The notes below the pieces were generated by a model. The model did no database searches and was not told the origin of the DNA. It saw nothing but the letters and a program-made list of their open reading frames with translations. 45,166 nucleotides of DNA from IMG/VR virus record IMGVR_UViG_3300006099_000022; one strand, given 5' to 3'. How positions within the stretch are numbered: position 1 is the first letter of the stretch; every line of letters starts with the position of its first letter. The position numbers and the translations under genes are program-made. Source of the DNA: a virus. Below are positions 7,207 through 16,608 of the stretch, piece after piece.

Positions 7207-7830
7207 GGCAAACGAATAACATACAACTGCACAGGATTAATCACTGAAATTACCGATTTCAACATAGCACGCACATTTGGTAGTTATCGGTCTACTCTGG
7301 TTGCGCAAATACAGTCTATTGCTAACCGTCCATCAGATTTAACGATCAACGGACATGTGCGGTTAGATGTCATGGCTCTATCCGAGGGGGCCTCTTATAT
7401 CCTGCAGCGCCTCTATTTTATGTCTACAGGCGGAGATTTTAGAATATATCACCGCGTATATCTGACTTCGTGGGGCGAGTGGAAACGGGAATTAATTAAA
7501 ACAAATTGGTCAGAGCTTACCTTGCAAAATGGTTTCATCAAAAGTGATTCGCTGTTAAAATACAAAGTTTCCGATGGTATATGTTTTTTAACAGGTTCAG
7601 TTGCACGTGATAATGTACCTGATTCTCATACAGTTATTGCAAAAGTTCCGGCCGGATCAAGACCAGAAGCAAGTATTAATTATAGGTGTGTATCATCTTT
7701 GGGATATGCAACGATCCGTATATTAGCCAATGGCGATATAACTCTTATTAAAATCGAAAAAGCAAATGGTGATGTCGTTACTACTGGAAATTTTTGGATT
7801 GATATGCTGGCATATTGGCGTATTGCCTAA
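7207..7830 (+). other. Silent alternative tail-fibre C-terminal cassette (207 codons with no start codon or RBS of its own)
   Basis: The plus frame is open from 7159 and reads through the repeat as AALNSDL-GKRITYNCTGLITEITDFNIARTF...GNFWIDMLAYWRIA. No ATG or RBS is present, and the GTG at 7357 in the ORF track is internal. Confidence 0.75.
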
Positions 7831-7845
7831 TGGCGATTTCGCAGC

Positions 7846-9009
7846 TTAATCCAGTCTGATCGCAGATATTTCCGTTTCAATCACTGTGACAGGGCCTCTG
7901 CTTAAAAACTCAAGCCATAAATTATCGGTTGTTGGCAAATATTGAAAAAATGAGTATGTAAATTGTGTGTCCATCTCATCGGGGCATTTTATAGCTGTGT
8001 AATAAGACTGCAATGCCATGTTATTATTATCATTACGCACATGTACACACACGGAATTTGGCTGTGAAAATGGGAGTTTGCCATGTGCAACTATCATGTA
8101 TTGCCCCGGCGGCACAGCGATTTTGCGTGTGCCTTGTATCCACTGATCTGCTATAGTGGTAACAGACTCAACTCCCGACCAATATTCAGCCTTGCGTGCC
8201 ATAAAGTCTTTTAAATATTTTACTTGACCAGTTGCATTGTCAATTTCTATGAATTGTAGATAGGGCTGGTTGGGTAAACAGTTCCATTGGAGTCTACGCG
8301 TTATCCCTTCTGTGACGGAGGAACGATATGCATCAACCCAAAGCCAGCCGTCATCTCCCGAATAAAGGCGCATACCATATTGCCCGCTTGGGCTTTGCGT
8401 AGCTATTATGCGCCCTTCGAATGTATCCTGGTCAAAGCCTGGGTTTGCAAGATATTTATTTGTCCATTTGCCATTGGCAGTTTTTTTGCCTACTGTAACG
8501 GCGCCATCGGCATAAAAGGAAAGCATCTGAATAGTACCATCGGGGCGATCAACAATAAATGAGGCTGTTTCTCCATTTCCTTCTTGTTCAACTTTTGTAA
8601 CAACCCTTGAATTATTGTATTGGTAATATGGAAGCTTTTTAGTTAAATCACTATTTAGCGCAGTAACCTGATCCCCGAGTGTCTTACCCATGGCAGCGTC
8701 CAGCGCTGCCACACCAGGATTTGTTGTGAGGGCGTTATTTACCAGGTCGGACTTTTTCAATGCCTGGCCCTCTAACCCTTTGATGACATCAACAGCGCTA
8801 TTCATAAGCTGCGTCACTCGCATAATAGCCTGTTCGCTTTTGTTTAAGTTGGCCGCTTCCAGATACGGCTCCTCATCATCAACATAATTTGTTGGCACAT
8901 ACTCCTCGATCTTCGCCAAAGAATCAGCCAGTGCACGTACCACAGTGTCCGAAATAGGCATCGGGGCTGCGGCGGTATCTTCTGATAATGTTGTTTTTTC
9001 TTTTTCCAT
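7846..9009 (-). CDS. Tail fibre / receptor-binding protein, currently expressed form
   Basis: A 387-aa ORF. The constant N-terminus (aa 1-122) ends in ALNSDL at the repeat, and the variable C-terminus is aa 123-387. It is the last large gene of the tail module. Confidence 0.7.
   Translation of the reverse strand: MEKEKTTLSEDTAAAPMPISDTVVRALADSLAKIEEYVPTNYVDDEEPYLEAANLNKSEQAIMRVTQLMNSAVDVIKGLEGQALKKSDLVNNALTTNPGVAALDAAMGKTLGDQVTALNSDLTKKLPYYQYNNSRVVTKVEQEGNGETASFIVDRPDGTIQMLSFYADGAVTVGKKTANGKWTNKYLANPGFDQDTFEGRIIATQSPSGQYGMRLYSGDDGWLWVDAYRSSVTEGITRRLQWNCLPNQPYLQFIEIDNATGQVKYLKDFMARKAEYWSGVESVTTIADQWIQGTRKIAVPPGQYMIVAHGKLPFSQPNSVCVHVRNDNNNMALQSYYTAIKCPDEMDTQFTYSFFQYLPTTDNLWLEFLSRGPVTVIETEISAIRLD
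8644..8663. repeat. Right arm of the 20-bp inverted repeat, inside the tail-fibre gene (codons 117-122)
   Basis: TAAATCACTATTTAGCGCAG is the reverse complement of 7187-7206. Confidence 0.95.
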
Positions 9010-9020
9010 GTCTTGCCTCC

Positions 9021-9920
9021 TTATGTAAATTCTATGGAATCTATAGTTACATAAAGCTGATCTATCTGCACTGCAATAATGAGATAAAGATATATTTCTC
9101 TGGAATATGTAGATAAATCCACTTCATTTACATAAGAATATTCTCCATTTGGATCAGCTTTCATTGTTCTGCTTGTCGAAAAAATTTTATTATTATCGTT
9201 AAGATCACTTTCTGTGTTACTTGAACTAATTGTTTGCGTGTATCCAGAAATTTTCATGCTTGCACGTTCAATCGTAGAATAATCATTTGATATTTTCCCT
9301 GAAATAGTTAATTTGTTTTTTGTGGTAATATCAATAGGAAGATTGAACATTAAGCAATATCTATTTTCTCGGGAATCTGAATTCCCCCAAAATGTCATAT
9401 CTTTTTTGCCATATTGTGGTTCATTCACGTATGAACTGTATGAAAATTTAAACGCCGTGATTCCTTGCCCTGGCGCAAACGTCCCCTTGTAATAGAACGT
9501 ATTTGGATTCGTCACAATATATCCTTCCCATGTTCCGGGCCCTACGCCGCCAACATACTCCCCCTTCTTGATATTCTCCGGCCGCAAGTTGGCAATCGGG
9601 CTTAAAATAATGTTCCCGCCCATATATTTGTCTTTCGTTTGCAGCGTAATGGTCTTGCTTGTAGGAGTTACTCTCTGCTCTCCAAGGACTGGAATCGACT
9701 GCCGCACGCTCCCTCCTGAATAAAATCCGGCCGGTATTTTATATGTCTCATTGATCGTCATGTAATGGTTTAATTCTCCCTTATCCGGGATCGTTCCCTG
9801 CTGGATTTCTTCACTGCCGCTGCCGTAAAACTTTTTAGGAGAGACAACATCTCCTGCGACCGCCGTCAACCCTTCCGTATCAATAGAGCCTCCCGACATA
9901 TTGATAAGACATTCTCCCAA
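9021..9920 (-). CDS. Tail fibre-associated protein, long paralog
   Basis: A TTG start at 9920 is supported by N-terminal alignment with the upstream paralog (GECLINMSGGSIDTEGLTA against AECLILKAGSKLDDSELSA) and by a GGGGG RBS. The paralogs share FYGSGS...INETY...NLRPE.IKKG. Confidence 0.6.
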   Translation of the reverse strand: MGECLINMSGGSIDTEGLTAVAGDVVSPKKFYGSGSEEIQQGTIPDKGELNHYMTINETYKIPAGFYSGGSVRQSIPVLGEQRVTPTSKTITLQTKDKYMGGNIILSPIANLRPENIKKGEYVGGVGPGTWEGYIVTNPNTFYYKGTFAPGQGITAFKFSYSSYVNEPQYGKKDMTFWGNSDSRENRYCLMFNLPIDITTKNKLTISGKISNDYSTIERASMKISGYTQTISSSNTESDLNDNNKIFSTSRTMKADPNGEYSYVNEVDLSTYSREIYLYLIIAVQIDQLYVTIDSIEFT

Positions 9921-9933
9921 TTTTTTCGCCCCC

Positions 9934-10344
9934 TTAATCCACAAATCCCTCAAACGTACCAGTAATATCAGATATTTTAACACCTTTCTTTATCACCTCC
10001 GGCCGCAGATTTTCTATGTTCTGTATTGTTGTATTGGAAGTCAGATATTTTCCTGTAACGGATACCGTTTCCCCACTGGCTCCCGGGTCAATCACGGGTC
10101 CTGCTTGCGTCGGGATATTTTGCGTAAACGCGTCCTCTCCGCCATGGTATCCCTCTGAAATCGCGTATGTCTCGTTGATCGCCATCTGCTTTGTAATTTT
10201 GGCGATATCTTTCATGGACCCGGTTTGCACATCATCGGAACCGGATCCGTAAAACGTCTTTCCCTGCCGCACATACCGCGGCGTGGCACTTAATTCGCTA
10301 TCATCTAATTTGCTTCCAGCTTTCAAAATCAAACACTCTGCCAT
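9934..10344 (-). CDS. Tail fibre-associated protein, short paralog
   Basis: A 136-aa ORF with an AAGGGGGAG RBS. It is homologous to the N-terminal half of 9021-9920. Confidence 0.6.
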   Translation of the reverse strand: MAECLILKAGSKLDDSELSATPRYVRQGKTFYGSGSDDVQTGSMKDIAKITKQMAINETYAISEGYHGGEDAFTQNIPTQAGPVIDPGASGETVSVTGKYLTSNTTIQNIENLRPEVIKKGVKISDITGTFEGFVD

Positions 10345-10347
10345 ACA

Positions 10348-10899
10348 TTACTCCCCCTTAATAGATACGGCAAAATTAGATGCCGGCTTTTTCTCATAAC
10401 AGTAAAATGTTATATTTCCAGCCCCTGTGACAGCCCTGTCTAAATATCCAAATGCCTTTTTCTGTGCTTTTACTGTGGCGGCAGTTGGACTGCCGGATAG
10501 GTAGAGCGCAATAATGGGCGCGTCGGCCGCCTCGATTCCTGGTACGGCCACGGTTTGCATATATGGAGATGACGAGCTCCAGCCAGAAGCAGAAAGTGTG
10601 GCGGTTTTCACTGTCTTAATAGCGGCCACAGAACTATTTACATTGGTCTGCAAATTATTAAAATTTTGGTTCATATTCTGCTGGAATTTTTCTGTTTCTG
10701 TGCGCACTTCCTCGAATCCACGCACAGTATCATTCACCGCCTTGTTGGTTATGTTGATATCGTCAGCATTAAAAATGTCTCCGATCTGCTCATAATTCGT
10801 GACATCTTCCAGGCTCACCGTTCCATTTGCATTTTCGACCATGCGATATTCCCGCAGCCCTTCGAACATATCATTTTTATAATCTTCTCTTAAGCTCAT
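10348..10899 (-). CDS. Tail/baseplate-associated protein
   Basis: A 183-aa ORF in the fibre cluster. It is translationally coupled to its neighbours. Confidence 0.5.
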   Translation of the reverse strand: MSLREDYKNDMFEGLREYRMVENANGTVSLEDVTNYEQIGDIFNADDINITNKAVNDTVRGFEEVRTETEKFQQNMNQNFNNLQTNVNSSVAAIKTVKTATLSASGWSSSSPYMQTVAVPGIEAADAPIIALYLSGSPTAATVKAQKKAFGYLDRAVTGAGNITFYCYEKKPASNFAVSIKGE

Positions 10900-11333
10900 A
10901 CTTCACTCCTGTTTCCAATCGGCCGCGTGCCAATCTTAAACGCTAGATGATGATTCCCGGGTTGTATCTTTTCAGCCAGTGTCCCGAGATCATATAAGAT
11001 TTTTTCGATCGCATTCGCCTGATAGATTGAGGTATATGTAATTTCTGCCGGCGTAACCGGCGTGCTCTCTGGTGTATAATAGGCAGCCCGCAACTTTATG
11101 ATATTTTGCCGGATACGCTCCATATCTTTCGCGGTCCGCCAGTCATTCATTTGCCAATTTAAACGATTGATGGTGGAATTGCGGTACCCCTTTTTATTAA
11201 GTAGGCGTGAAATCCAGGCAATAGCTGTTTCCACGCGGTTCAAATCCTCATAGTCGATATACGCCTTTTTTGTCAGATTATCCAAATCCGCCTGCACGCG
11301 ATCATAAATCAAACTGTCAAGAAATTCACTCAT
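10896..11333 (-). CDS. Tail/baseplate-associated protein
   Basis: A 145-aa ORF whose start and stop overlap the flanking genes. Confidence 0.5.
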   Translation of the reverse strand: MSEFLDSLIYDRVQADLDNLTKKAYIDYEDLNRVETAIAWISRLLNKKGYRNSTINRLNWQMNDWRTAKDMERIRQNIIKLRAAYYTPESTPVTPAEITYTSIYQANAIEKILYDLGTLAEKIQPGNHHLAFKIGTRPIGNRSEV

Positions 11334-13128
11334 GAATTTTTACCCTCGCTCTGATTTCCCGCGTAAAGCTGTAATCAGCGCTTTCAAGCGTCCCTACACG
11401 CTTTCCATCATATCCCGTATCCGCTTCTACTACCTGTCCGATCATCTTCCCGGCCAGTAATACATCTCCCGCTACGCTTTCCGCCTGTTGGTAGTAGGCA
11501 TATATTCGGTCAAGCGCCTGCGCAGCGTTGCCGGAGTGGATTAATGTAGCGTCTGTTACCTCTTTAATACTCTTGTTATAAGCAATGTTGGGGTTTTCTT
11601 TCAAAAGCTGATTCGTCAGGTGATTATATTTTTTCCCCAGCAGAATAACATTGTCTCCGGTTCCGGATATCAATGCATAGTTATGGCCGCTTTTAATGAT
11701 TACACCTCCCGATATCTCCAGGTCATGGTGTGGCTCTGAAAATACAATCTCTGCCATGCCGTCCAGCGTATCATTGTAAAGCTCCTCCGTCTCTTGCGTC
11801 ATCTGATAGCTATGGACGGTCAAACGTATACCCGTCACAATATCGCTATGCTCCAAAGTGAGGCCCTCAAACGTGTTGCTTTCGTCAAAGTATCCTGTGA
11901 CCTCTGTCTGCTGTGGGTAGATGGCTACATGATCTGTAAAGCTTGTATCCACGATCGCACCGATTGCAAAAGCGATCTGCTGCAGAGCATTACGTTTTGT
12001 GGTGTACGGGATATACCCATAAAGCTGCGTACCAGAATAGGACTCATCAACACTGTATCCATAGTCCTCTCCGGAAAATATGTTCTGTATTACATCAACC
12101 GCCTTTTCCCCGGTATAAACGCCACCAGGATACTCATTTCCGTCCAGAATCCCGATCGCATCGTGACTATCCATAAAATAGTCCGTAAGATTTTTCCTTG
12201 ATCCATTCTTCAAGTAAAAATTTCCCAAGAGCTCCCCGTCGAAAAACAGTCCGAGGTGCTGCTTTTTCTGCATGTCGAACGGAATATTTGATCGGGTCCT
12301 GACTGTGAACGATAACGTGTTAATGCTGATATTTTCAGATATGGAATTTATTTCCTGAAGGCAGTCAGTCCGTATCAATTCGTCATCGTGAAAATCACGA
12401 TAGATTCCATAATCAATCCGCGTGAGGAACACGGGACGAAACGGCTTTGATGTCTTTTTAAACGTGATTTCAATGCGGTCATAATGCTCCACATAATTAT
12501 TACAAAAATATCGTATATCATCTGGCTTAAAATCCATCTCCGAAAGCAATTCTGTCTCCCGGTACCATTTTACATACAGATCGGTTGCATAATCGCCAGA
12601 CAATGTATTAAAGGTCAGATAAAGCCCAACGCTCGTATACCTATTATTAAAAGTGATCGTCAGCATCGGATATTGCATTTGCCTCTCCCGCCGGCCACCT
12701 GGCGTTAAAAAGATACGTGGAGCAAGACCAGGACGTGGTACAAGGCCTTCTTTTATATAGGTGTAGGACAAATTTCCATTCTCATCTGACCATGCTTCAC
12801 TGATATAACCATATTCTTGTGGATTGTCCGGAAAATTGATATAGCTCCCGTCCAATAAGGCGAATCCCGGATAACAAAGAGCATATCCGGGATATGTTAC
12901 GTCATCGCGGCGCAGGCCCGGAAACTCCTTCAATATTTTTCGGCTCCGCGGTGCAAGACCGGGCCTGGGTACAAGCCCTTTATGTGGCACAAGGCCGGAT
13001 TTAACTGCCTGCGGATTGCTGTTTTCCTTTGCGTAGGGGGCTACATCATCATATACGATTTTCAGCCCGTCCTTTTCCTCGCTACGAACTTTCGCTTTTA
13101 GGGGAGCTATTGGCGCCTTGAAAAACAT
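11326..13128 (-). CDS. Tail-associated (Tal / baseplate hub-like) protein
   Basis: A 600-aa ORF in the position TMP-Dit-Tal. It contains a duplicated GLVPRPGLAPR motif. Confidence 0.6.
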   Translation of the reverse strand: MFFKAPIAPLKAKVRSEEKDGLKIVYDDVAPYAKENSNPQAVKSGLVPHKGLVPRPGLAPRSRKILKEFPGLRRDDVTYPGYALCYPGFALLDGSYINFPDNPQEYGYISEAWSDENGNLSYTYIKEGLVPRPGLAPRIFLTPGGRRERQMQYPMLTITFNNRYTSVGLYLTFNTLSGDYATDLYVKWYRETELLSEMDFKPDDIRYFCNNYVEHYDRIEITFKKTSKPFRPVFLTRIDYGIYRDFHDDELIRTDCLQEINSISENISINTLSFTVRTRSNIPFDMQKKQHLGLFFDGELLGNFYLKNGSRKNLTDYFMDSHDAIGILDGNEYPGGVYTGEKAVDVIQNIFSGEDYGYSVDESYSGTQLYGYIPYTTKRNALQQIAFAIGAIVDTSFTDHVAIYPQQTEVTGYFDESNTFEGLTLEHSDIVTGIRLTVHSYQMTQETEELYNDTLDGMAEIVFSEPHHDLEISGGVIIKSGHNYALISGTGDNVILLGKKYNHLTNQLLKENPNIAYNKSIKEVTDATLIHSGNAAQALDRIYAYYQQAESVAGDVLLAGKMIGQVVEADTGYDGKRVGTLESADYSFTREIRARVKIHE

Positions 13129-13536
13129 CTACGGCCTCCTTTGCGGCTTCATGGCGACAAAATTAACAGACAACCCCGACCATTTATTAATATGCCCGTC
13201 TAACGTCTCCTCCATCTTCAGAGTATCCTCCCCGTTGGTCACATACGCATTAAAAGTCAAGGTTTTTTGTGCATATGGAAATGTCATTTTGTGCGATTCC
13301 GTCGGAGCTGAAATAATCTCATAAAAGGTATCATAATCAGCTCGGTTGCTTTTATCCGGATCAATCTCGATCGTGTAATTGTAAAATGTTCCGGCAATAT
13401 CCCTGTGCATAGCGTAGGACTGCAGGCGCCCAGAATTTTCAGTATCGAGGACCTGGAAACTACGCTTTAGTGAATTTACCCATAAGCGCAGCGACACACC
13501 ATCAATTTCAAATACACCATTTCCATTTCTAGGCAT
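13129..13536 (-). CDS. Distal tail protein (Dit)-like
   Basis: A 135-aa ORF immediately after the tape measure gene. The call is positional only. Confidence 0.45.
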   Translation of the reverse strand: MPRNGNGVFEIDGVSLRLWVNSLKRSFQVLDTENSGRLQSYAMHRDIAGTFYNYTIEIDPDKSNRADYDTFYEIISAPTESHKMTFPYAQKTLTFNAYVTNGEDTLKMEETLDGHINKWSGLSVNFVAMKPQRRP

Positions 13537-16500
13537 TCTCGCTCACCAACCTTACTCCTACACGCTGTTTTTCCTGGTTATTCGCCTGATACACGGCACT
13601 CGCAAATACCTGATCCTTAACGTACATTTTGATCTCTATTGCCCGTTCATTTCCACCGCTCGCCTCTGCCATTGCTTCTTTGAGTGCTTGCTTTATGGTA
13701 GACAGCGGGGAGACAACCTCTGGCTCCTTATTATTGTCCCCGATCCCGAAATACGAGATACCGGCCCGCGGCGGCACTACGGTTCCAGTTGCTAACATAG
13801 GGGGATTATAAGGGATCGCTGCATAAGCCGCATAGGGTATAGCACGAGAGGAATGATTAAGTTTATGATTTCCGTAGTCATATCCAGATGATTTTTTATA
13901 ACTAGAGGATCCATTAAATAATTCTCCTACTGCCTTTATGGCCTCTCTGGCCGTATCAATAATACCTTCGATAAAGTCCAGTATACTTTTTCCAACTCCG
14001 TACAATACACCTAATATCATCTCGAAAATTCCCTCAAAGATAGTTTTGACTCCTTCCCAAGCCTTTCTCCAGTCGCCTGTAAATACACCTGCAATAAAAT
14101 CAATCAGCCCGCTCAAAGTATCAAAAAAACCAGTAACTACGATTGCAAGCCCTTCAAACACGTCCAGCACAATATCTCCAAACATTTCGATGATTGGGGC
14201 TGCAACAGGAAGTATATTGCCAATAATCCATTCCAAAAGCGGTTCAAGCACATCTTTCCATAATTTTTCGATGCACTCCATTGCACTTTTAAGCGCATCT
14301 ACAACCGGCCCCTCCATGATCTCCTTGAATTTTGCCCCAAGTCGTTCCAAGGCTGGCTTGATATGATTTTCATAGGCCGCAACCACCTTTTCACGCAGTT
14401 CTTCATTTGTGGCAATCAGATAAATCGAAGCTCCAATAATGCCGCCGATCGCTACCGTCGCAAGCCCTGCAGGACTTGCAATAAAAGAAAATGCACTTCC
14501 GAGCAGTCCGGTTGCGCTTGCTGCCTTGCCAGCCGCCGATCCAAACGTCCCAAGAGACTTTATAATTCCAGAAATTTTGGATACAAAGGTTATGGCCTCA
14601 AATGCTGCTAAAAATCCCGCAATAATGAGAGCGGCCGCCTGTACTTTCTCTTGATTTTGTTCGATCCAGGCGGAAAATGCATAAAGCTTTTCCGTTATTT
14701 GTTCCAGCGCCTCAATTATTTTTTCTCCAGCCCACTCCCCAAGCGGCTGCAAAAAGTTTTCCCACAGCCACAGACCCAAAGGTTGAAGCGCCACGATCAC
14801 GCTGTGCAGCGCTGTTAGGGCGGCCGCGATCAGATCGAGGGCTGCTGGGAATAGCTGTTCCAGCGCCCATTTTCCGAGCGGAAGCAAGACACTATCCAGG
14901 AGCCACAAAAGCAAATCTCCTATATCTCCAACAATGGGCCGGATCGCCGCAAGCGCCCTATCAAAGCTCATAAGCAGCGGAGAAAAGTCCAAATCAGCAG
15001 CCCAATTTTTTATGCTTTCTGATGCCGCTCGCAAAAGTCCGGTAAATTCCAGTATGATATCGCCCAGATGGCGAATAATGCTTGTCCCAGTATCCCCTGA
15101 CTTCCACGCTTTATCGAATTGTATTACCAGGTTCGCAACCGTTTGGGCCAAATTAGAGAATGTTATCAGAAGATCATCGGTGATGGCTTTTCCGTATCCT
15201 TCTGCATTCCATACTTGCATAAAAGAAGCGCCGACGTCTTTTGCAAGCGTTCTGAACGCAGAAAACATATTTTTTACAGAGTCAAAGAGTGCTGGCCCGT
15301 TTTCTACCCAAGATTCCTTCAAAGGATCAAAAAGACCCGCAAAAGTCTTTTTAATATCGTCGGCGGCAAGCTTCATCTCATTGGATACTTCCAACGTTTC
15401 GAACATCTGCGACGGCAGCAAATCCGAATCGCTCGTACTGGTATCCTTTGGAAACTGAATTTGTATCAAATCGTCAAAGGGAGCTAAGGCCTTTTTGGCT
15501 TCTTTGGCCGCATCCTTTGTGTTCTGCGCTGTGCCCTTAAGGCTTTCAGCGTAATCCTGCTGAACTTTTACCGCCCTGACAAAGGTCTCTTTTCCAGTCA
15601 GCGCTGAAAATAGCTGACTCGCCCATGTGGCCGCTTCAGAAAGCAAACTGATAAATTGTGCAAGAATAGGTGCTGCAACTTCGGCCAGAGGGGAAAAGGC
15701 GGTAGCAAACGCATTTTTTAATTGTGTCATACTGGACATCACAAGCGATAGAGCTGTATTGGTATCAGCAGAATACTGGGAAAGATTATCCATTCCTTCT
15801 TTTAAACTGCCTCGCAGTCGGTTCAGCAGGGCAAATAGGCTACGGATACCGAATACATAGGTAAAAAGTTTTTTTAAGCTTAAACCCGCCCCATGTGTTG
15901 ATTTTTTTGTGTCTTTAAATGTTCTGTTTAGCTTTCTTCCGCTTTTCTCTGCCTTTTTTTGTGAGATATCAACCCCCTTTAGGCGCTGTTGGTATTCGTT
16001 AAATTCATTTTTTATCCTGGTATAAGAGGCTCCCAAGGTCTCATTCATGTAGAGTAATTTCTGTGTTTCAGCAACGTACTTATCTGTCATAGCAGAGTAT
16101 TGCTCTGTATCTTTTCCAAGAGTGAACGCCTTTCCAGAGTTTTTCAGATCCTCCATCTCTGTTTGTGCATATGCAAGCGTGTTTGTTAGCTCATCAATAT
16201 CATATTGCATCCGCTGAAACGTACTGCTCTTAGTCCGGCCGCCTGTTTCAAGAAATCGTTCCTGTCGATTTTGCAGCGCTCTTAGTTTTATCTCTGTATC
16301 ACTAATTTGCTTCTGAATTTCTTTATATTCTTCTGTCGGAATCCGGGTTGCTCCATATTCCTCAATTTTCTTTTTGAGGTCCGCCACCTTCTGCTCCTGC
16401 GCTGCAAAGGCATTGTTGGCTTTTGCAAAAGCGGCCACCTGTTTTTGTATCGCGATCTCGGCTCCCTTTCCGAGATCATCTATTGATTCAGCCATGCGAC

Positions 16501-16588
16501 GAACAGCCGTTTCTACTTCTTTTGTGCCCGCTTGCATGCCGTCAGTTTGTATTTCTGTATCAATCAATATGCTGCCATCCGCCGGCAT
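13529..16588 (-). CDS. Tape measure protein
   Basis: A 1019-aa ORF with a coiled-coil N-terminus and a long Ala/Gly/Leu-rich hydrophobic helical core. It follows the chaperone pair. Confidence 0.9.
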   Translation of the reverse strand: MPADGSILIDTEIQTDGMQAGTKEVETAVRRMAESIDDLGKGAEIAIQKQVAAFAKANNAFAAQEQKVADLKKKIEEYGATRIPTEEYKEIQKQISDTEIKLRALQNRQERFLETGGRTKSSTFQRMQYDIDELTNTLAYAQTEMEDLKNSGKAFTLGKDTEQYSAMTDKYVAETQKLLYMNETLGASYTRIKNEFNEYQQRLKGVDISQKKAEKSGRKLNRTFKDTKKSTHGAGLSLKKLFTYVFGIRSLFALLNRLRGSLKEGMDNLSQYSADTNTALSLVMSSMTQLKNAFATAFSPLAEVAAPILAQFISLLSEAATWASQLFSALTGKETFVRAVKVQQDYAESLKGTAQNTKDAAKEAKKALAPFDDLIQIQFPKDTSTSDSDLLPSQMFETLEVSNEMKLAADDIKKTFAGLFDPLKESWVENGPALFDSVKNMFSAFRTLAKDVGASFMQVWNAEGYGKAITDDLLITFSNLAQTVANLVIQFDKAWKSGDTGTSIIRHLGDIILEFTGLLRAASESIKNWAADLDFSPLLMSFDRALAAIRPIVGDIGDLLLWLLDSVLLPLGKWALEQLFPAALDLIAAALTALHSVIVALQPLGLWLWENFLQPLGEWAGEKIIEALEQITEKLYAFSAWIEQNQEKVQAAALIIAGFLAAFEAITFVSKISGIIKSLGTFGSAAGKAASATGLLGSAFSFIASPAGLATVAIGGIIGASIYLIATNEELREKVVAAYENHIKPALERLGAKFKEIMEGPVVDALKSAMECIEKLWKDVLEPLLEWIIGNILPVAAPIIEMFGDIVLDVFEGLAIVVTGFFDTLSGLIDFIAGVFTGDWRKAWEGVKTIFEGIFEMILGVLYGVGKSILDFIEGIIDTAREAIKAVGELFNGSSSYKKSSGYDYGNHKLNHSSRAIPYAAYAAIPYNPPMLATGTVVPPRAGISYFGIGDNNKEPEVVSPLSTIKQALKEAMAEASGGNERAIEIKMYVKDQVFASAVYQANNQEKQRVGVRLVSENA

Positions 16589-16608
16589 GTCCCCACCTCA
16601 TCTCCATT

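Larger units (their letters stand above)
7187..8663. other. Putative invertible DNA segment carrying two opposed tail-fibre C-terminal cassettes
   Basis: The segment is bounded by the 20-bp inverted repeat. The two cassettes converge at 7830/7846. Confidence 0.75.

Noticed and set aside
7357-7830. An independent 157-aa plus-strand gene starting at GTG 7357
   Set aside because: The frame is open a further 66 codons upstream with protein-like sequence. No RBS precedes 7357, and the frame begins at the inverted repeat. It is better explained as a promoterless alternative fibre cassette.
7846-10344. A diversity-generating retroelement targeting the fibre genes
   Set aside because: No reverse transcriptase ORF and no template/variable repeat pair are visible anywhere in the window. 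The variation mechanism supported by the sequence is inversion.
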